Source: an uncultured Methylomirabilota bacterium (GTDB lineage: Bacteria; Methylomirabilota; Methylomirabilia; Methylomirabilales; 2-02-FULL-66-22). From it: a DNA stretch of 64,000 nucleotides. The stretch lies in the NCBI GenBank assembly GCA_963845565.1, contig CAWJSJ010000002.1:2176001-2240000 (forward strand), written 5' to 3'. The notes beneath the pieces are model-generated. The model worked only from the letters and a program-made list of their open reading frames with translations. It did no database searches and was not told where the DNA came from. A program made the position numbers and the translations under genes. This document shows positions 10,890 to 21,516 of this stretch, piece by piece (the first letter of the stretch is position 1; every line of letters begins with the position of its first letter).

Positions 10890-12068
10890 ATGGATTTTGA
10901 TCTGGTCATCCGAGGCGGCGAGGTGGTGGACCCCGGCGGCGGGTTGATGGGGCGGATGGACGTGGGGATTCGCGGGGGTGTTATCGCCGCCGTGGACCAT
11001 TCGTTGCCGATCGAGGGCGCGCGGGCGACGCTGGACGCCGCGGGGAAGATCGTGACACCCGGCCTGTTCGATCTGCACACCCACGTGTACTGGGGGGCAA
11101 CCTACTGGGGGATCGAGCCGGACCCGATCGCGGCGCGCACCGGGGTGACCACCTGGCTGGACGCCGGGACGGCGGGCGGCTACAGTTTTCCGGGATTCCG
11201 CCGCTACGTGGTCGAGCGGTGCGAGAGCCGGGTCTTCGCGCTCCTGAACGTGTCGGCGATTGGACTGATCGCGCCGACCTACGAACTGGCCAACCTCGAC
11301 TACTGCGACCTGGACCTGGCGCGCCGGATGGTGGACGCCAACCGGGACGTCATCCTGGGGATCAAGGCGCGGATCGACGCCAACACCACTCGCGGCGTGG
11401 GCATCGCGCCGCTGCGGCCGGCGCGCGCGCTGGCCGATCAGGTCGAGTTGCCGTTGATGGTTCACATCGGGAAGGGGCCGCCGGCCCTGGACGAGATCTT
11501 CCGGCTGCTCCGTCCCGGCGACATCCTCACCCACTGCTGCACGGGGCAGGACAACCGCATCCTGGAGCCGGACGGGAGCCTCAAGGAGTTCGTCCGCCGC
11601 GCCTGGGACGCCGGGCTGGTCCTGGACGTCGGGCACGGGACGGGCAGCTTCAGCTTCGAGGTTGCCGAGCGGATGCTGGCGGCGGGGATGCCACCGGACG
11701 TCATCAGCACGGACGCGCACCAACTCAGCGTCCAGGGTCCCATGTTCGATCTGCCGACGACGCTCTCCAAGTTCTTGAACCTGGGCATGAGCCTCTCCGA
11801 CGCGATCGAGCGGGTGACGGCGCGACCGGCGCGGGCAGTCCGCCGCCCGGACCTGGCGACGCTCAAGCCGGGGGCTCCTGCCGACGTGGCGGTGTTCGCG
11901 CTGGAGCAGGGTTCCTATACGTTCCACGATGTGTTCATGACGGCCCGGCCCGGCACGGTACGTCTGGTGAACACCGCGACCGTCCGGGGCGGGCGGCGCA
12001 TGGCGCAGCAGCCGGAGCGGCCGCTGGCGCCCTGGGCGGTGCGCCCCGAGCATCAGCGCGCGAAGTAG
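10890..12068 (+). CDS. Amidohydrolase/deacetylase family metallohydrolase (dihydroorotase-like)
   Basis: PGLFDLHTH, DAGTAG, GIKAR, MVHIG, DILTHC, DVGHGTGSFSF, ISTDAH. Confidence 0.9.
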   Translation: MDFDLVIRGGEVVDPGGGLMGRMDVGIRGGVIAAVDHSLPIEGARATLDAAGKIVTPGLFDLHTHVYWGATYWGIEPDPIAARTGVTTWLDAGTAGGYSFPGFRRYVVERCESRVFALLNVSAIGLIAPTYELANLDYCDLDLARRMVDANRDVILGIKARIDANTTRGVGIAPLRPARALADQVELPLMVHIGKGPPALDEIFRLLRPGDILTHCCTGQDNRILEPDGSLKEFVRRAWDAGLVLDVGHGTGSFSFEVAERMLAAGMPPDVISTDAHQLSVQGPMFDLPTTLSKFLNLGMSLSDAIERVTARPARAVRRPDLATLKPGAPADVAVFALEQGSYTFHDVFMTARPGTVRLVNTATVRGGRRMAQQPERPLAPWAVRPEHQRAK

Positions 12069-12200
12069 GCCGCAGGGCGACGATCCGGGTTCAGCTCTCA
12101 CGTGCCACAAGACGCACAGACGGCACGTCCGTCCGAAGTGTCCGCCAACCGTTTGGGTCAGTGGATCGGGCGGACGTGTGCGCCCGCGAGGGAAGAAAGC

Positions 12201-12794
12201 ATGGCGAAGGCGAAAGACTCGGGTGGGGATTACGCGAGGGCTGAGGCGCTCCTGGCCGAGGCGGGCCTCATGATGCCGCCGATGCCCGAGATGGCTGAGG
12301 CGCGGCTCAAGGAGCGGGAGGACGACTGTTTCAGCACGCGCACCTTCAAGGAGTCGCCCGCCAACCTGTTGCACTACGTGCGAAAGGCGATCGGGGGCGT
12401 CTCGCCCGACTATGTCCTGGTGGCGCTGGGCAGAGATGGGCGCACCGCGGACGCGCTGCATTTCTTCCTGGTGCAGGGCCCGCTCCAACTCTTCCTGCAG
12501 ATCGGTTGGGGAGGCGCCGGGGCGGCCCGCGAGCGGGCGACGGTGTTGATCAACGACTGCTTTGCCTTGGCCCATCAACTGTGCGAGGCGGTCCCCGCCG
12601 CCCTGCGGAAAGGCCGGCTTGCGCCGACGGGGCGGCTCACGGTGGTGGGGTCGGATCTCGGCGAGAGCTTCTGGGAGGTCGCGCAGGCGGATGAACGTGC
12701 CGATCGGCCATCGGGTCCGCTCCGCGGCAAGAACCGGGGGGCCCGCGGTCCGCGCGAGGTTCTCGAGGAGGCCGTCCGGTGGTGCCGCGAATAA
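12201..12794 (+). CDS. Hypothetical protein
   Basis: 197-aa ORF with a purine-rich RBS and host-like codon usage; no motif recognised. Confidence 0.7.
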   Translation: MAKAKDSGGDYARAEALLAEAGLMMPPMPEMAEARLKEREDDCFSTRTFKESPANLLHYVRKAIGGVSPDYVLVALGRDGRTADALHFFLVQGPLQLFLQIGWGGAGAARERATVLINDCFALAHQLCEAVPAALRKGRLAPTGRLTVVGSDLGESFWEVAQADERADRPSGPLRGKNRGARGPREVLEEAVRWCRE

Positions 12795-12802
12795 CGGGGG
12801 GT

Positions 12803-12952
12803 TGAGAGCCGCGAGTCGAGACGGAGCAGAGGTCGGAGAGCAGAGAACAGAGGTCAGCGGGTGGAGAACAACGCAGAGAACGAAGGTCGGAGGTCGGCGA
12901 GCCGAGCCGCGAGCCGATCTGAGCGCTGAGCGCCGAGAGCCGAGAGCTGAAT
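12803..12952. repeat. Intergenic degenerate heptamer repeat tract
   Basis: Runs of cagagRN, gagccga and gagcgct units. Confidence 0.6.
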
Positions 12953-12965
12953 CGCATGATCGTTC

Positions 12966-13847
12966 ATGAGTGACCTCGCCCTCGGAATTGCGGGGGCACT
13001 GGGAAGCGCCGGCACCTGGGCGCTCATCTGCATCCTGGCCCAGACGCTTTCGGGGCGGCTGACGTCGGCGGGCATTAACGCGTTTCGGGCCCTGGTAGGC
13101 GGCCTCATCGTCCTCGCCGGGGCGCTGGCGGCCGGATTTGGCGGCGAGATCGTGGGGATGCCCCTCTGGGTTGCCCTGACGCTCTGGGCCTCCATCCTCA
13201 TCGGGTATGCGGGTGGGGACACGATCTTCTTCCTGGGGATGCAGATCCTCGGGGTGACCCGGGCGCATACCCTGAGCATGGTCCACCCGCTCATGTCCAC
13301 GGTGGCCGGGATCGTCCTCTTCGGCGAGTCCATGACCGCGACCCGGGCGGCGGGGATCCTGCTGGTGGTGGGCGGGGTCGCGCTGATCGTCACGGGTCAC
13401 GCGGAGGGTGGTGTCGAGGCTTCCCGCACGCGTCGGCGGGGCGCCTGGCTGGTTCTGATAGCGGCCGTCGCCTGGACGGTGGGATCGGTGATGCTTCAGC
13501 CGCCGCTCCAGGTAGTGTCGCCGGTCACCGCGACGGCGATCCGGAGCCCACTGGTCGGCCTCGTGCTGTGGCTGACCCCCTGGGCGAGAGGCACCTGGCC
13601 GGCAGTGCGGATGACGCGTGGCCGGGAGGCAGTTGCGCTGGCTGTCATCTGCCTGCTCAGTGCTGTGAGCCCGGTGATGTATGCCTTCGGGATCAAGCAC
13701 GCCGGCGTGGCCATCGGTTCCGTTCTGTCCACGACGTCCCCTCTTTTCACGATTCCGTTGGAGATCGCGGTCCTGGGGCGGTGGCCCACCCGGCGCACCA
13801 TTCTCGGGGCCGTGACGACCGTTCTCGGGATTGCGTTGATGGGTTAG
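12966..13847 (+). CDS. DMT/EamA family transporter
   Basis: About 10 TM segments in two EamA-like repeats. Confidence 0.88.
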   Translation: MSDLALGIAGALGSAGTWALICILAQTLSGRLTSAGINAFRALVGGLIVLAGALAAGFGGEIVGMPLWVALTLWASILIGYAGGDTIFFLGMQILGVTRAHTLSMVHPLMSTVAGIVLFGESMTATRAAGILLVVGGVALIVTGHAEGGVEASRTRRRGAWLVLIAAVAWTVGSVMLQPPLQVVSPVTATAIRSPLVGLVLWLTPWARGTWPAVRMTRGREAVALAVICLLSAVSPVMYAFGIKHAGVAIGSVLSTTSPLFTIPLEIAVLGRWPTRRTILGAVTTVLGIALMG

Positions 13848-13964
13848 GGGAGCGGGGCGACAGGGACAGGGACAGAGGAAAGCGCCGGGCAACTGGCGGA
13901 GCAACGGAGCTGATCGCTGAAGGCTGACCGCTGAACGTTCAGTACCGAGAGTACGGGAGAGGCC

Positions 13965-15174
13965 ATGAGCATCTATGAGCGATTTGGCGTGCGCACTCGG
14001 ATCAATGCGGCCGGGTTACTGACGCGCCTGGGCGGCAGCCTGATGCCGGACGAGGTCCGGGATGCGATGACGGAGGCCGCCGGGAGTTTCGTTGATATGG
14101 CCGAGCTCCAGGCGGCGGCGAGCGCCGTGATTGCTCGGCACACGGGCGCCGAGGCTGGGCTGGTGACGGCGGGGGCCGCGGCCGCGCTCACGGTCGGGAC
14201 GGCGGCATGCCTCGCCGGACTGGATCCCGCGCGCATGGACCGACTCCCCGAGACGGACGATTTCCCGAACGAGGTTGTGATGTGTCGGACGCACCGGACC
14301 GGCTACGACCATGCCATTCGCGCGGCGGGCGCCCGGATCCGCGAGGTGGGGTTCAACGACCGGGCGACAGGCGCCGGCGTGCGGGACGTGGAGGCGTGGG
14401 AGCTGGAGGCGGCCATCACGCCGCGTACGGCGGCCATCGCCTACATGGCCGCACCGGGGAGTCGACCCCCCCTTGCGGAAGTGGCCGCCCTGGCGCACGG
14501 CCATCATCTGCCGGTCTTGGTGGACGCCGCCGCCCAGTTGCCGCCGGCGGAGAACCTCCGCCGCTTCGTGGCGGAGGGCGCCGACCTGGTTGCCTTCAGC
14601 GGGGGAAAGGCGATCCGGGGTCCGCAGGGGACAGGCATTCTCTGCGGTCGGCGGGACCTCGTCGGGTCCGCGGCGCTCCAGCAGCTCGACCTGGATGTTC
14701 GGCCTGAGACCTGGCGGCCGCCTGAGGATCTTCTCCCTCGGTTGCCGCTCGGGGGGATCCCCCACCACGGGATCGGGCGCGGGTGCAAGGTGAGTAAGGA
14801 AGAGATCGTCGGTCTGCTGGTCGCCCTGGAACGCTTCGTGGCGCTCGATCACGCCGGCGAGCAGGACGCGACAGGAGCGCCTGCTCGTGGCGATCCGCGG
14901 CCAACTGGCGGGCGTGCCGCACCTCGAGGCGCGGCTACTGTCGGCGGCGGAGACGGGCCGGGACCCACTGCTGGACATCCACTTGGACGAGGCCGCCCTC
15001 GGCCTGTTGGCGTTTCAGCTCAGCCTGGTCCTGCAGCGTGGAGACCCTCCGGTCCACCTCGGCGAGCGCCGCGCCACGGACGGCATCCTCACCGTCAATC
15101 CGGTCGGGTTGCGGGAGGGGGAAGAGGCCATCGTTGCCGCGCGCCTCCGGGCCGCCTGCGAGGGACGCGGCTGA
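13965..15174 (+). CDS. SelA-like PLP-dependent enzyme (DgaE-type); +1 frameshift near 14870
   Basis: INAAGLLTRLGGS, VLVDAAA, FSGGKAIRGPQ (PLP lysine), IGRGCKVSKEEIVGL. The C-terminus continues in the 14887..15174 frame. Confidence 0.85.
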
Positions 15175-15247
15175 TCGGCAGCGGCCACGGGAGCCCGGCG
15201 GGCAGTCGGAGGACCTCGGTCGTCCCACGAGCGAAGGTGGGCTCGGG

Positions 15248-16571
15248 CTATCCCGCGTAGACCGCCTTCAAGCTGTCCTCGAAAGCCTGCAGGACGGTGG
15301 CGACTTCGGCCTCGGTGATAATGAGCGGCGGCTTGATCTTGAGGACGTTGGGCACGGCTGATGCCGTGGCTAGGATGACGCCCCGCTTCCACGCCTCGGC
15401 GACGATCCGCTTGGCCTCGGCGGTTGCGGGCTCCTTGGTGCCCGGATCCTTCACCATCTCCACGCCGATGAACAGCCCCGGCCCGCGAATATCACCGATC
15501 TGGGGGTAGCGCGCCTGGAGTCGCGTCGAGCCCCCGCGTAAAGAGTTCCCCCATTCGCGCGGCATGCTCCGGGATTCGGTCCCGCTCCAGGATCTCGATG
15601 ACCTTGAGGGCCGCCGCCTGGGCGACGGGGTTGCTGCCGAAGGTGTACACGTCCTCGCCGGTGGGCTCGAACTGCTTCAGCCGATCGTCCACCACGACGG
15701 CCGCGATCGGAAATCCTCCGCCCATGGACTTGGACAGGACCAGCATGTCCGGGACGACGCCCAACCCTTCCAGTGCAAACATCCGGCCGGTCCGGCCGAA
15801 CCCTGTCTGAATCTCGTCGAAGATCAGGGGAATCCCGAACTCGTCGCAGACCCGCCGGACCGCCTGGACAAAGAGGGCGGGGAACGGGATCTGTCCGCCA
15901 TTGCCCTGGATCGGCTCCAGCAGGACGCCGGCCACGGGTCCGTCCACGCCGCGCACGATGGTGTCGCGCAGTGGCGCGGCGCACGCCGCGTGGCAGCTCG
16001 GATAGGTCAGGCCGAGCGGGCAGCGGTAGCAGTAGGGGTTCGGCACGCGCACGAAGTTCTGCATGAAGGGGAGGAACTTGGCGCCGGGGCCGAAGCGGCC
16101 CGGCGTCTGGGTGGGCATCCAGCCGGCCGCCATGGTGACGAGGGTGCTGCCGTGATAGGCGTGATAGAACGTGATGAAGCGGTGCGCCTCGGGGCGGTTG
16201 ATCAGGGCCAGCTTCATGGCCGCCTCGACGGCGAGCGACCCGGTCGGGGCGTTCACGACCTTCTTCAGGTGGCCGGGGCAGAGATCGGCCAGCCTCTTCG
16301 CCAGCAGCAGGCGCGGGATCGTGGGGAAGCCGGCCCGCGCGTGGGCGAGGGTGCGGATCTGTGCGATGGCGGCCTCGATGACCTCGGGGTGGTTGTAGCC
16401 CAGGGCCAGCGACCAGGCCTGCGAGGTGCAGTCGATGTACGTGTCGCCGTTGATGTCGGTGACGCGGCATCCCTGCCCCGAGACGAGAGCCGGCCCCAGC
16501 CAGCTTGCCCCGTACCCGATGTACTGCTGGAGTTGGCCTGCTGCCTCTGGTGTCAGCTTCAACTCTTCCAT
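15248..16571 (-). CDS. Class III (omega) aminotransferase; frameshift near 15520
   Basis: YIDCTSQ, LGYNHP, YHGST, LEPIQGNGG, IFDEIQTGFGRTG, SKSMGGG. The C-terminus (IGDIRGPGLFIG…KIKPPL) is in the neighbouring frame. Confidence 0.9.
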
Positions 16572-16664
16572 CGTCTATCCTCCCTCGGAATGATCAATGA
16601 CGTGAGAGTGGCCAACCTCCACATCGCAAAGACCAGTGGCGGGACCTTCTGTGATCGTGGCAGA

Positions 16665-17534
16665 TTATCCCTTAAGCCCCGTCAGTGCAACCGATTCGAT
16701 AATCCGGCGTCGCAGAAGGACGAAGGCGATCAGCATCGGGACCGTGTTCAAGACCGATGCGGCGCTCAGCAGGTGGTAATCGGCTGTGTACCGGAACTGG
16801 AAAGTGCTAAGCCCCAGCTCCATTAGGTACATGCTCCGGTTCGTGGCCATCAGCAGGGGCCAGATGAATGCGGCCCACGCCTGGATGAATGCCAGGATGC
16901 CCAGGGCGCCGATGGCTGAGGAGCACAGCGGGATGATCACTCGGATGAAGATCTTGAGCTCAGATGCCCCATCCACCCGCGCCGCGTCCAGCAGCTCGTC
17001 CGGAATGCTATGGGCGATATGCTGTCGCATCAGGAAAATGCCGAAACTCATGATCAGGTAGGGGGCCGCGATCCCCTGGTAGGTGTTGATCCAGCCCAGC
17101 GATTTCATCGTCAGGTACAGCGGGATCATGTACGTCTCGAACGGGAACATGGCCGAGGCTAGGATCAACAGGAACAGGGCCTTCTTGCCCGGGAAGGTGT
17201 ACTTTCCGAAGATAAATCCCGCGATAAGCGAAGTCAGGATGACCATGATCGTCGAGCCCACCGACACGATCACGCTGTTCAAGAAGTACCGGATGAAGGG
17301 CGCGGCGTTCAGCACCACGGGGTAATTGGCCACCGTCCAACGAATGGGGAGCAATCGGGGGGGCCAGAGGAGCGTCTCGTCTGCAGGCTTGAGCGAGGTC
17401 GCCAGCATCCAAATGAAGGGAAACATCATGGCGAGACTGCCCAGGAGCAGGACGGTGTGACTCAGCGTTGGCGCGCCCAAGCGCCGCCACGTTTCATGCG
17501 CCGTCTTGCCCGTCCGCTCCGTCATGGCCGTCAC
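16665..17534 (-). CDS. Carbohydrate ABC transporter permease (MalG-like)
   Basis: EAA loop ELLDAARVDGA; six TMs. Confidence 0.93.
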   Translation of the reverse strand: MTAMTERTGKTAHETWRRLGAPTLSHTVLLLGSLAMMFPFIWMLATSLKPADETLLWPPRLLPIRWTVANYPVVLNAAPFIRYFLNSVIVSVGSTIMVILTSLIAGFIFGKYTFPGKKALFLLILASAMFPFETYMIPLYLTMKSLGWINTYQGIAAPYLIMSFGIFLMRQHIAHSIPDELLDAARVDGASELKIFIRVIIPLCSSAIGALGILAFIQAWAAFIWPLLMATNRSMYLMELGLSTFQFRYTADYHLLSAASVLNTVPMLIAFVLLRRRIIESVALTGLKG

Positions 17535-18490
17535 TCCCCGTCTAATCGGATGACTCGAAACTGGATCAACGTCAAAGCGAGCACGATCAGCGTCAGCACG
17601 ACGGCCTCGGCCGAGGCATACCCCATCTTGAAGAACTGAAACCCGTTCTGATAGATGTCGAACACCAGCACGCGGAGCGGGGCGCCGGGTGCGGCCTGAG
17701 ATCCCTGGGTCATCACGTACACCTGGGTGAACACGTTGTAGGCGTTGATCGTCGAGACCACGATGACGAACAGCAGGATCGGCTTCAGGAGGGGCAGCGT
17801 GATGCGCCGGAACACCGCCCAGCTCCCGGCGCCGTCAATGCTGGCCGCCTCATAGTAGACCACCGGAATGCTCTTGAGCCCGACCAGCAGCAGGACCATG
17901 TTGTAGCCGAGCACCTTCCAGACGCTCATGATGATGATGGCCCACATGGCAACGTCCGGCGAGGTCAACCATCCGATGGGCCGGACCCCAACCCAGGACA
18001 ACGCGTAGTTCAGGATGCCGTAGCGCGCGTCGAAGATCCACTTCCAGGCAATGGCCATGGGGACCATGGGCGTGATCACGGGCAGGAAATAAATGGCCTG
18101 ATAGGCGGCTGTGAACCGCAGCTTTCCGGCCAACAGGACAGCCAGGGCCAGGCCCAAGACGATGCTCACGCCGACGACGAAGACCGCGAAGAGTGTGGTA
18201 TTGGTGAGCGCCAGCAGAAAGTTCTCGTCGGAGAGGAGGTCCCGGTAATTGGCCAGACCCACGAACGGTTTCAAGGGGCGGATCAGATGCCAGTCGTAGA
18301 AGCTGAGGATGAAGGTGCGACCGATGGGCTCGAGGCGGAGGACCCAGTAGACGACGAAAACCGGGAGCAGGCCGAGATAGCAGAAGCAGTATTTCGCCAA
18401 GGTCAGGCGGTTGATCCGGAGCCGGCGGGAGAGTCGGTCGGCCAGGGTTGTGCCGCTCGGCAGGCAGGGGGTCGCGGACGGTTCCGCCAT
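17531..18490 (-). CDS. Carbohydrate ABC transporter permease (MalF-like)
   Basis: FVGLANY, YYEAASIDGAG. Confidence 0.93.
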   Translation of the reverse strand: MAEPSATPCLPSGTTLADRLSRRLRINRLTLAKYCFCYLGLLPVFVVYWVLRLEPIGRTFILSFYDWHLIRPLKPFVGLANYRDLLSDENFLLALTNTTLFAVFVVGVSIVLGLALAVLLAGKLRFTAAYQAIYFLPVITPMVPMAIAWKWIFDARYGILNYALSWVGVRPIGWLTSPDVAMWAIIIMSVWKVLGYNMVLLLVGLKSIPVVYYEAASIDGAGSWAVFRRITLPLLKPILLFVIVVSTINAYNVFTQVYVMTQGSQAAPGAPLRVLVFDIYQNGFQFFKMGYASAEAVVLTLIVLALTLIQFRVIRLDGE

Positions 18491-18559
18491 GTCCCGGTAC
18501 TCCTCGTGGGCCCCCGCGCCCGGCGGCGCGGGGGCCCATCGTGGCGCCAGGCAGCGAGG

Positions 18560-19933
18560 CTAGTTGGTCCCGTAGAGACCGGCCTTTTTCAGCAAGTCGT
18601 CGCTCTGCGCCGCCATCTCCTTGATCCGCTTGGCGATGGCGTCCGGCTTGTCCAGGAGCGACTTGTCTGCGTACGCCGTAACCAGTCGTTCGGCCAGCTT
18701 CGTCTCCAGCTCGTCAAAGACCGGAATGGCCGGCTCTGCATACAATCCCCGCCCCTTATCCCACACGAGGAACGGTTTGAACTGCGGCGTCTCCTTGAGG
18801 ATAGGCGTCCAATCAATGTCCTGCCGCATGGACGTCCATCCGGTCATCTGCAGATGCAGGATGGCCATGGGTGGGCTCACCAGGAACATGGCAAAATCCC
18901 ATGCGGCGTCGGCCTGCTTGGTGCTCTTCGTGACGTACAAGCTCCAGGGTTGCGTCATCCCGCCAAAGCGCTTGGCTCGGGGGATCGCCACCGTGTTGTA
19001 TTGCACGTTCGGGCCCTTCGCCTTCAACTCTCCGATCACCCAGGCCTCGCGCATCAACATGGCCGCCTGCTCGCCGGCGAAGGCGGCGGCGTCGTGCGGG
19101 AGCTTGGGGTCATCCACCTGGTATTTGTGGACGGCGTCAATGTAGAACTTCAGTGCGGCCCGCCCGCCCTCGTTGTCGTAGCCGTTGTGCCACTTGCCTG
19201 ACTTCGTCTGGACGACGAGATCGCCGCCCATGGCATGTAGAACGTACCACCACTTCTCGGCCACGCCCGAGCCTTGTCCGGAGAGCCGCAGGCTCAACCC
19301 GGCGCGGGTGAGGTTGCCCGCCGCGTCCTTCTTGGCCAGCTTTCGGGCGGCGGCCATCAGCTCGTCGAAGGTCGTGGGGGGCTTCTTCGGGTCCAGGCCC
19401 GCCTCGGTGAACATCTTGGTGTTGTAGAACAGAGCCGGCTTCGACCCCTCCTGGAAGGGGATGCCATAGACCTGGCCCTTCCAGGTGTTGTACTCCACCA
19501 CCACCGGATGGTAGGCCTTGCTCTTGACGAGAGCCATGACCTTCGGTGGGTTCGGCGGCAGCAAGCCGGCGTCGGCGAAATTGAGGGAAATGTTGCGGCC
19601 GATGTCGAACAGGTCGGGGCCGGTGTCCGTCGGGATCGCCGCGGTCAGCTTTTGCTCCACCTCGCGGAGCTGGCTGCTCAGGGTTTCGAGCTTGAAGCCC
19701 GGATGGGTCTTGGCGTATTCCTCTGCCGCTTTCTTGTAGAACGGTTCCAACTCGGGGTAGCCCGTCCAGAGGTTTAACGCCACCGGTTCGGCCGCCACAC
19801 TGGCCCGCGGCCGCCCCAGGACGGGTCCGGCGGCTGCGGCCAGACCGGCGGCCCCGACCTGCTTGAGAAACGTGCGGCGCGTGTCGCCTACGCCTGATGG
19901 CACCCTCGTCTCCGATCGCGACCGTTTGCTCAT
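18560..19933 (-). CDS. Carbohydrate ABC substrate-binding protein with Tat signal
   Basis: TRRTFLK twin-arginine motif; LFYNTKMFTEAGLD…PTTFDEL (SBP family 1). Confidence 0.92.
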   Translation of the reverse strand: MSKRSRSETRVPSGVGDTRRTFLKQVGAAGLAAAAGPVLGRPRASVAAEPVALNLWTGYPELEPFYKKAAEEYAKTHPGFKLETLSSQLREVEQKLTAAIPTDTGPDLFDIGRNISLNFADAGLLPPNPPKVMALVKSKAYHPVVVEYNTWKGQVYGIPFQEGSKPALFYNTKMFTEAGLDPKKPPTTFDELMAAARKLAKKDAAGNLTRAGLSLRLSGQGSGVAEKWWYVLHAMGGDLVVQTKSGKWHNGYDNEGGRAALKFYIDAVHKYQVDDPKLPHDAAAFAGEQAAMLMREAWVIGELKAKGPNVQYNTVAIPRAKRFGGMTQPWSLYVTKSTKQADAAWDFAMFLVSPPMAILHLQMTGWTSMRQDIDWTPILKETPQFKPFLVWDKGRGLYAEPAIPVFDELETKLAERLVTAYADKSLLDKPDAIAKRIKEMAAQSDDLLKKAGLYGTN

Positions 19934-20464
19934 GGAGTGGCCCTCCTCTGTTTGCCCTTCCTGACGTTCTGCGCCTACGCGCGGAGAGGTTGACCCGGTG
20001 GGTGTTGTCGTCCTCCTTTCCCCGGAGGCCTCCGGAAAGCCGACTTCCTCAGCGGTACCCTACCCGTGGGGCCCGTACGGGAGACGTGGGCCACCCGGGC
20101 CGGGGCACCTGCTCCCCACGAAGGGGAACCCTCCGTCCCGCATTGCGACCGGTATTCGATGATGGGCATAACACTGTTCGCGGGGGGATGGCCAGATCCG
20201 GCATCGGATCGAAGTGATTCTCCCGGCCGATGCCGAAGCCATCCTCACACGGGCCAGGGATTTTCGAACGGCAACCCGAATATGTATCGGGAGTCTAACA
20301 CCCTTTGTCAGGTGGGTCAAAGAGAGGGGCTGGGGCGGGGCGCACGCCTCTCGACCAGCCGGGGTGCGCGCCTTGCGGCGGCTCGGGGAGCGTTGTATAG
20401 TCACTGGCACCGGTGGAGAGGGTCACGCGAGGGGCTGTAGGCTGATTCTGGTGAGGAGGGTAGG

Positions 20465-21397
20465 ATGGCAGACTACATTGCGTATTTCTGTGGCGAGTGG
20501 ATGCCCGCCAGCCGGGTCAAGATCGATCCCACGGACCGCGGATTCCTGGTTGGCGATGCGGTGTTCGATGTTGCCCGCACCTTCAACGGGAAGAGCTTCC
20601 GCATGCGGGAGCATGTGGATCGGCTCTACCGGTCCCTGAAGTACGTTCGCATCGACCCGGGCCTGTCGCCGGATGACATGGTTCGAATCAGTGAAGAGGT
20701 GATCGCCCGGAATGAACCGCTTCGAGCCGAGGTGGGCGACTTTGCGATCTGGCAGTTTGTGACCCGCGGGCGAGGCCGCTGGGCCCACAGCGCCGGACCG
20801 CCCGCCGTCGGCGTCTTCATCCGGTCGCTTGGCCTTTCCCGATTTGTCCACCTCTACAGCGAGGGGGCCCACGGCGTGATCGTCCGCGTTCGGAGCTACT
20901 CGCCCGAATCGCTGGATCCCAAGGTCAAGAATTTCAGCCGGATGAACTTCAACATCGCTGAGCTGGAAGCTGCCGATATCGACAAAGCCGGCTGGCCGAT
21001 CCTGCTCGATCACCGAGGCAATCTCGCCGAGGGTGTTGGGTACAACGTGTTTCTGGTCACCGACGGCGTCATTCGCACCCCCGGGGACCGTTCGGTCCTC
21101 CAGGGGGTGTCCCGGGGGATGGTCTTCGACCTCGCCAAAGGCCTGGGCATTCCCATCGTGGAGGAAGATCTCCAGCCCTACGATCTTTACACGGCCGATG
21201 AGGCCTTCTTCTCGAGTACCAGCCCCTGTGTCTTACCGGTGTCTCGCGTAGACCGGCGTCCCGTCGGCAACGGCGTTCCCGGTCCCATCGTTCACCGGCT
21301 CTTGGCAGGCTGGAGTGAGGCCGTGGGGGTTGATATCGTGGGGCAGGCGCGGATCTACGGCCCGAAGGAACAGCTGGAATCCAAGGCCGGCTCGTAA
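20465..21397 (+). CDS. Class IV aminotransferase (IlvE/D-amino-acid aminotransferase-like)
   Basis: DRGFLVGDAVFDVART, EHVDRL, LAEGVGYNVF, LQGVSR, ADEAFFSST. Confidence 0.9.
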   Translation: MADYIAYFCGEWMPASRVKIDPTDRGFLVGDAVFDVARTFNGKSFRMREHVDRLYRSLKYVRIDPGLSPDDMVRISEEVIARNEPLRAEVGDFAIWQFVTRGRGRWAHSAGPPAVGVFIRSLGLSRFVHLYSEGAHGVIVRVRSYSPESLDPKVKNFSRMNFNIAELEAADIDKAGWPILLDHRGNLAEGVGYNVFLVTDGVIRTPGDRSVLQGVSRGMVFDLAKGLGIPIVEEDLQPYDLYTADEAFFSSTSPCVLPVSRVDRRPVGNGVPGPIVHRLLAGWSEAVGVDIVGQARIYGPKEQLESKAGS

Positions 21398-21516
21398 ACG
21401 CTGGAGGAGTTTGAAACGACCAAGGGCGGCATCCCCTCCGACAGGGAATGCCGCCCCCTTCCTTGTATCCGCCGATCGTCCCCCGATCCCCAGTCTCTGG
21501 TCCCGGCTCCCGGCTT

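Noticed and set aside
13965..15174. True selenocysteine synthase (selA) serving the nearby selenoprotein
   Set aside because: It is short (~400 aa), has DgaE-type motifs (FSGGK, IGRxxKVxKE) and has no selB, selC or selD beside it.
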